Source of the DNA: Firmicutes bacterium CAG:582
Lineage (GTDB): Bacteria; Bacillota_I; Bacilli_A; RF39; UBA660
DNA length: 64,000 nt
NCBI GenBank assembly: GCA_000435515.1
Contig: FR884183.1
Location: 1,980 to 65,979 of the forward strand
Reading direction: 5' to 3'
In this document: positions 63,597 through 64,000 of the stretch, piece by piece
Layout of the letters: every line of letters begins with the position of its first letter
How positions within the stretch are numbered: the first letter of the stretch is position 1
Notes under the pieces: model-generated
The model's database searches: none
Told to the model about the DNA's origin: nothing
The model's input: the letters and a program-made list of their open reading frames with translations, nothing else
Made by a program: the position numbers and the translations under genes

Positions 63597-64000
63597 ATGT
63601 CAGGAAAAAAAGAAATTAAATTAACTTCTAATGGTTATTTAGAAGTTGAAAATGAACTAAATAAATTAAGAGAAGAAGATAGACCAAGAATCATTCAAGC
63701 TATTAAAGAAGCAAGAGCTCAAGGTGACTTATCCGAAAATGCCGACTACGATGCAGCTAGAAATGAACAAGCTCAAGTAGAAGCAAGGATTAAAGAACTA
63801 GAATATATGATAGAACATGCTGTTATCATAGAAGAAGCTCCAAAAGATGTTGTTGGTTTAGGCTCTACTGTTGAAATAGAATATGTTGGTGATGATGATA
63901 CTGATGAATATAAGATTGTTGGCTCTCTAGAAGCTGATCCGTTTGAAAATAAAATCAGTGATGAATCACCAATAGGTAAAGCTTTATCTGGTAAAAAGGT
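63597..64000 (+). CDS. greA: transcription elongation factor GreA (3' end outside window)
   Basis: LT..GY..VENELNKLREEDRPRIIQAIKEARAQGDLSENADYDAARNEQAQVEARIKELE. GGGTGA RBS. Confidence 0.92.
   Translation, partial: MSGKKEIKLTSNGYLEVENELNKLREEDRPRIIQAIKEARAQGDLSENADYDAARNEQAQVEARIKELEYMIEHAVIIEEAPKDVVGLGSTVEIEYVGDDDTDEYKIVGSLEADPFENKISDESPIGKALSGKK

Overview
Strongly AT-rich chromosomal segment of a low-GC Firmicute. The taxon is inferred from three things: an intact pro-sigma-K gene; Bacillus-type synteny blocks (yqeG-yqeH, mraZ-rsmH-ftsL-PBP2B, ftsE-ftsX-M23, ireB-ruvX-yrzB-mltG-yrrM-yrrN-yrrO-greA); and standard genetic code with TGA used as stop. About 70 CDS are supported, almost all on the + strand, and many overlap by 4-30 nt. 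There are three tRNA genes (CAT, Leu-TAG, Glu-TTC), one Ser-type T-box leader, several consensus sigma-A promoters and many clear rho-independent terminators. I saw no rRNA, CRISPR array, IS element, transposase, integrase or prophage gene. Most of the window is housekeeping: suf Fe-S assembly, serS, ftsK, cell wall and division genes, mutL, parE, tRNA modification. The observations most worth a second look are listed here. (1) A three-gene, translationally coupled operon behind two tandem LexA (Cheo) boxes: a putative DNA repair/modification radical SAM protein, a DUF4130 protein, and a divergent GroEL/Cpn60-like protein with no groES partner. (2) A promoter-to-terminator unit of three abutting, diverged paralogous membrane proteins of unknown function just upstream of mraZ. 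(3) A solitary MvaI/BcnI-family restriction endonuclease with no methyltransferase neighbour, in a small hypothetical-gene islet around two tRNA genes. (4) A tandem paralog pair after parE in which one copy is split by a single in-frame TGA. (5) A T-box leader that controls an HD-domain (SpoT-hydrolase-like) gene together with serS. (6) gmk disrupted by an extra G in a G5 run. (7) A thioester-domain adhesin with a non-LPXTG sorting signal and its own sortase.
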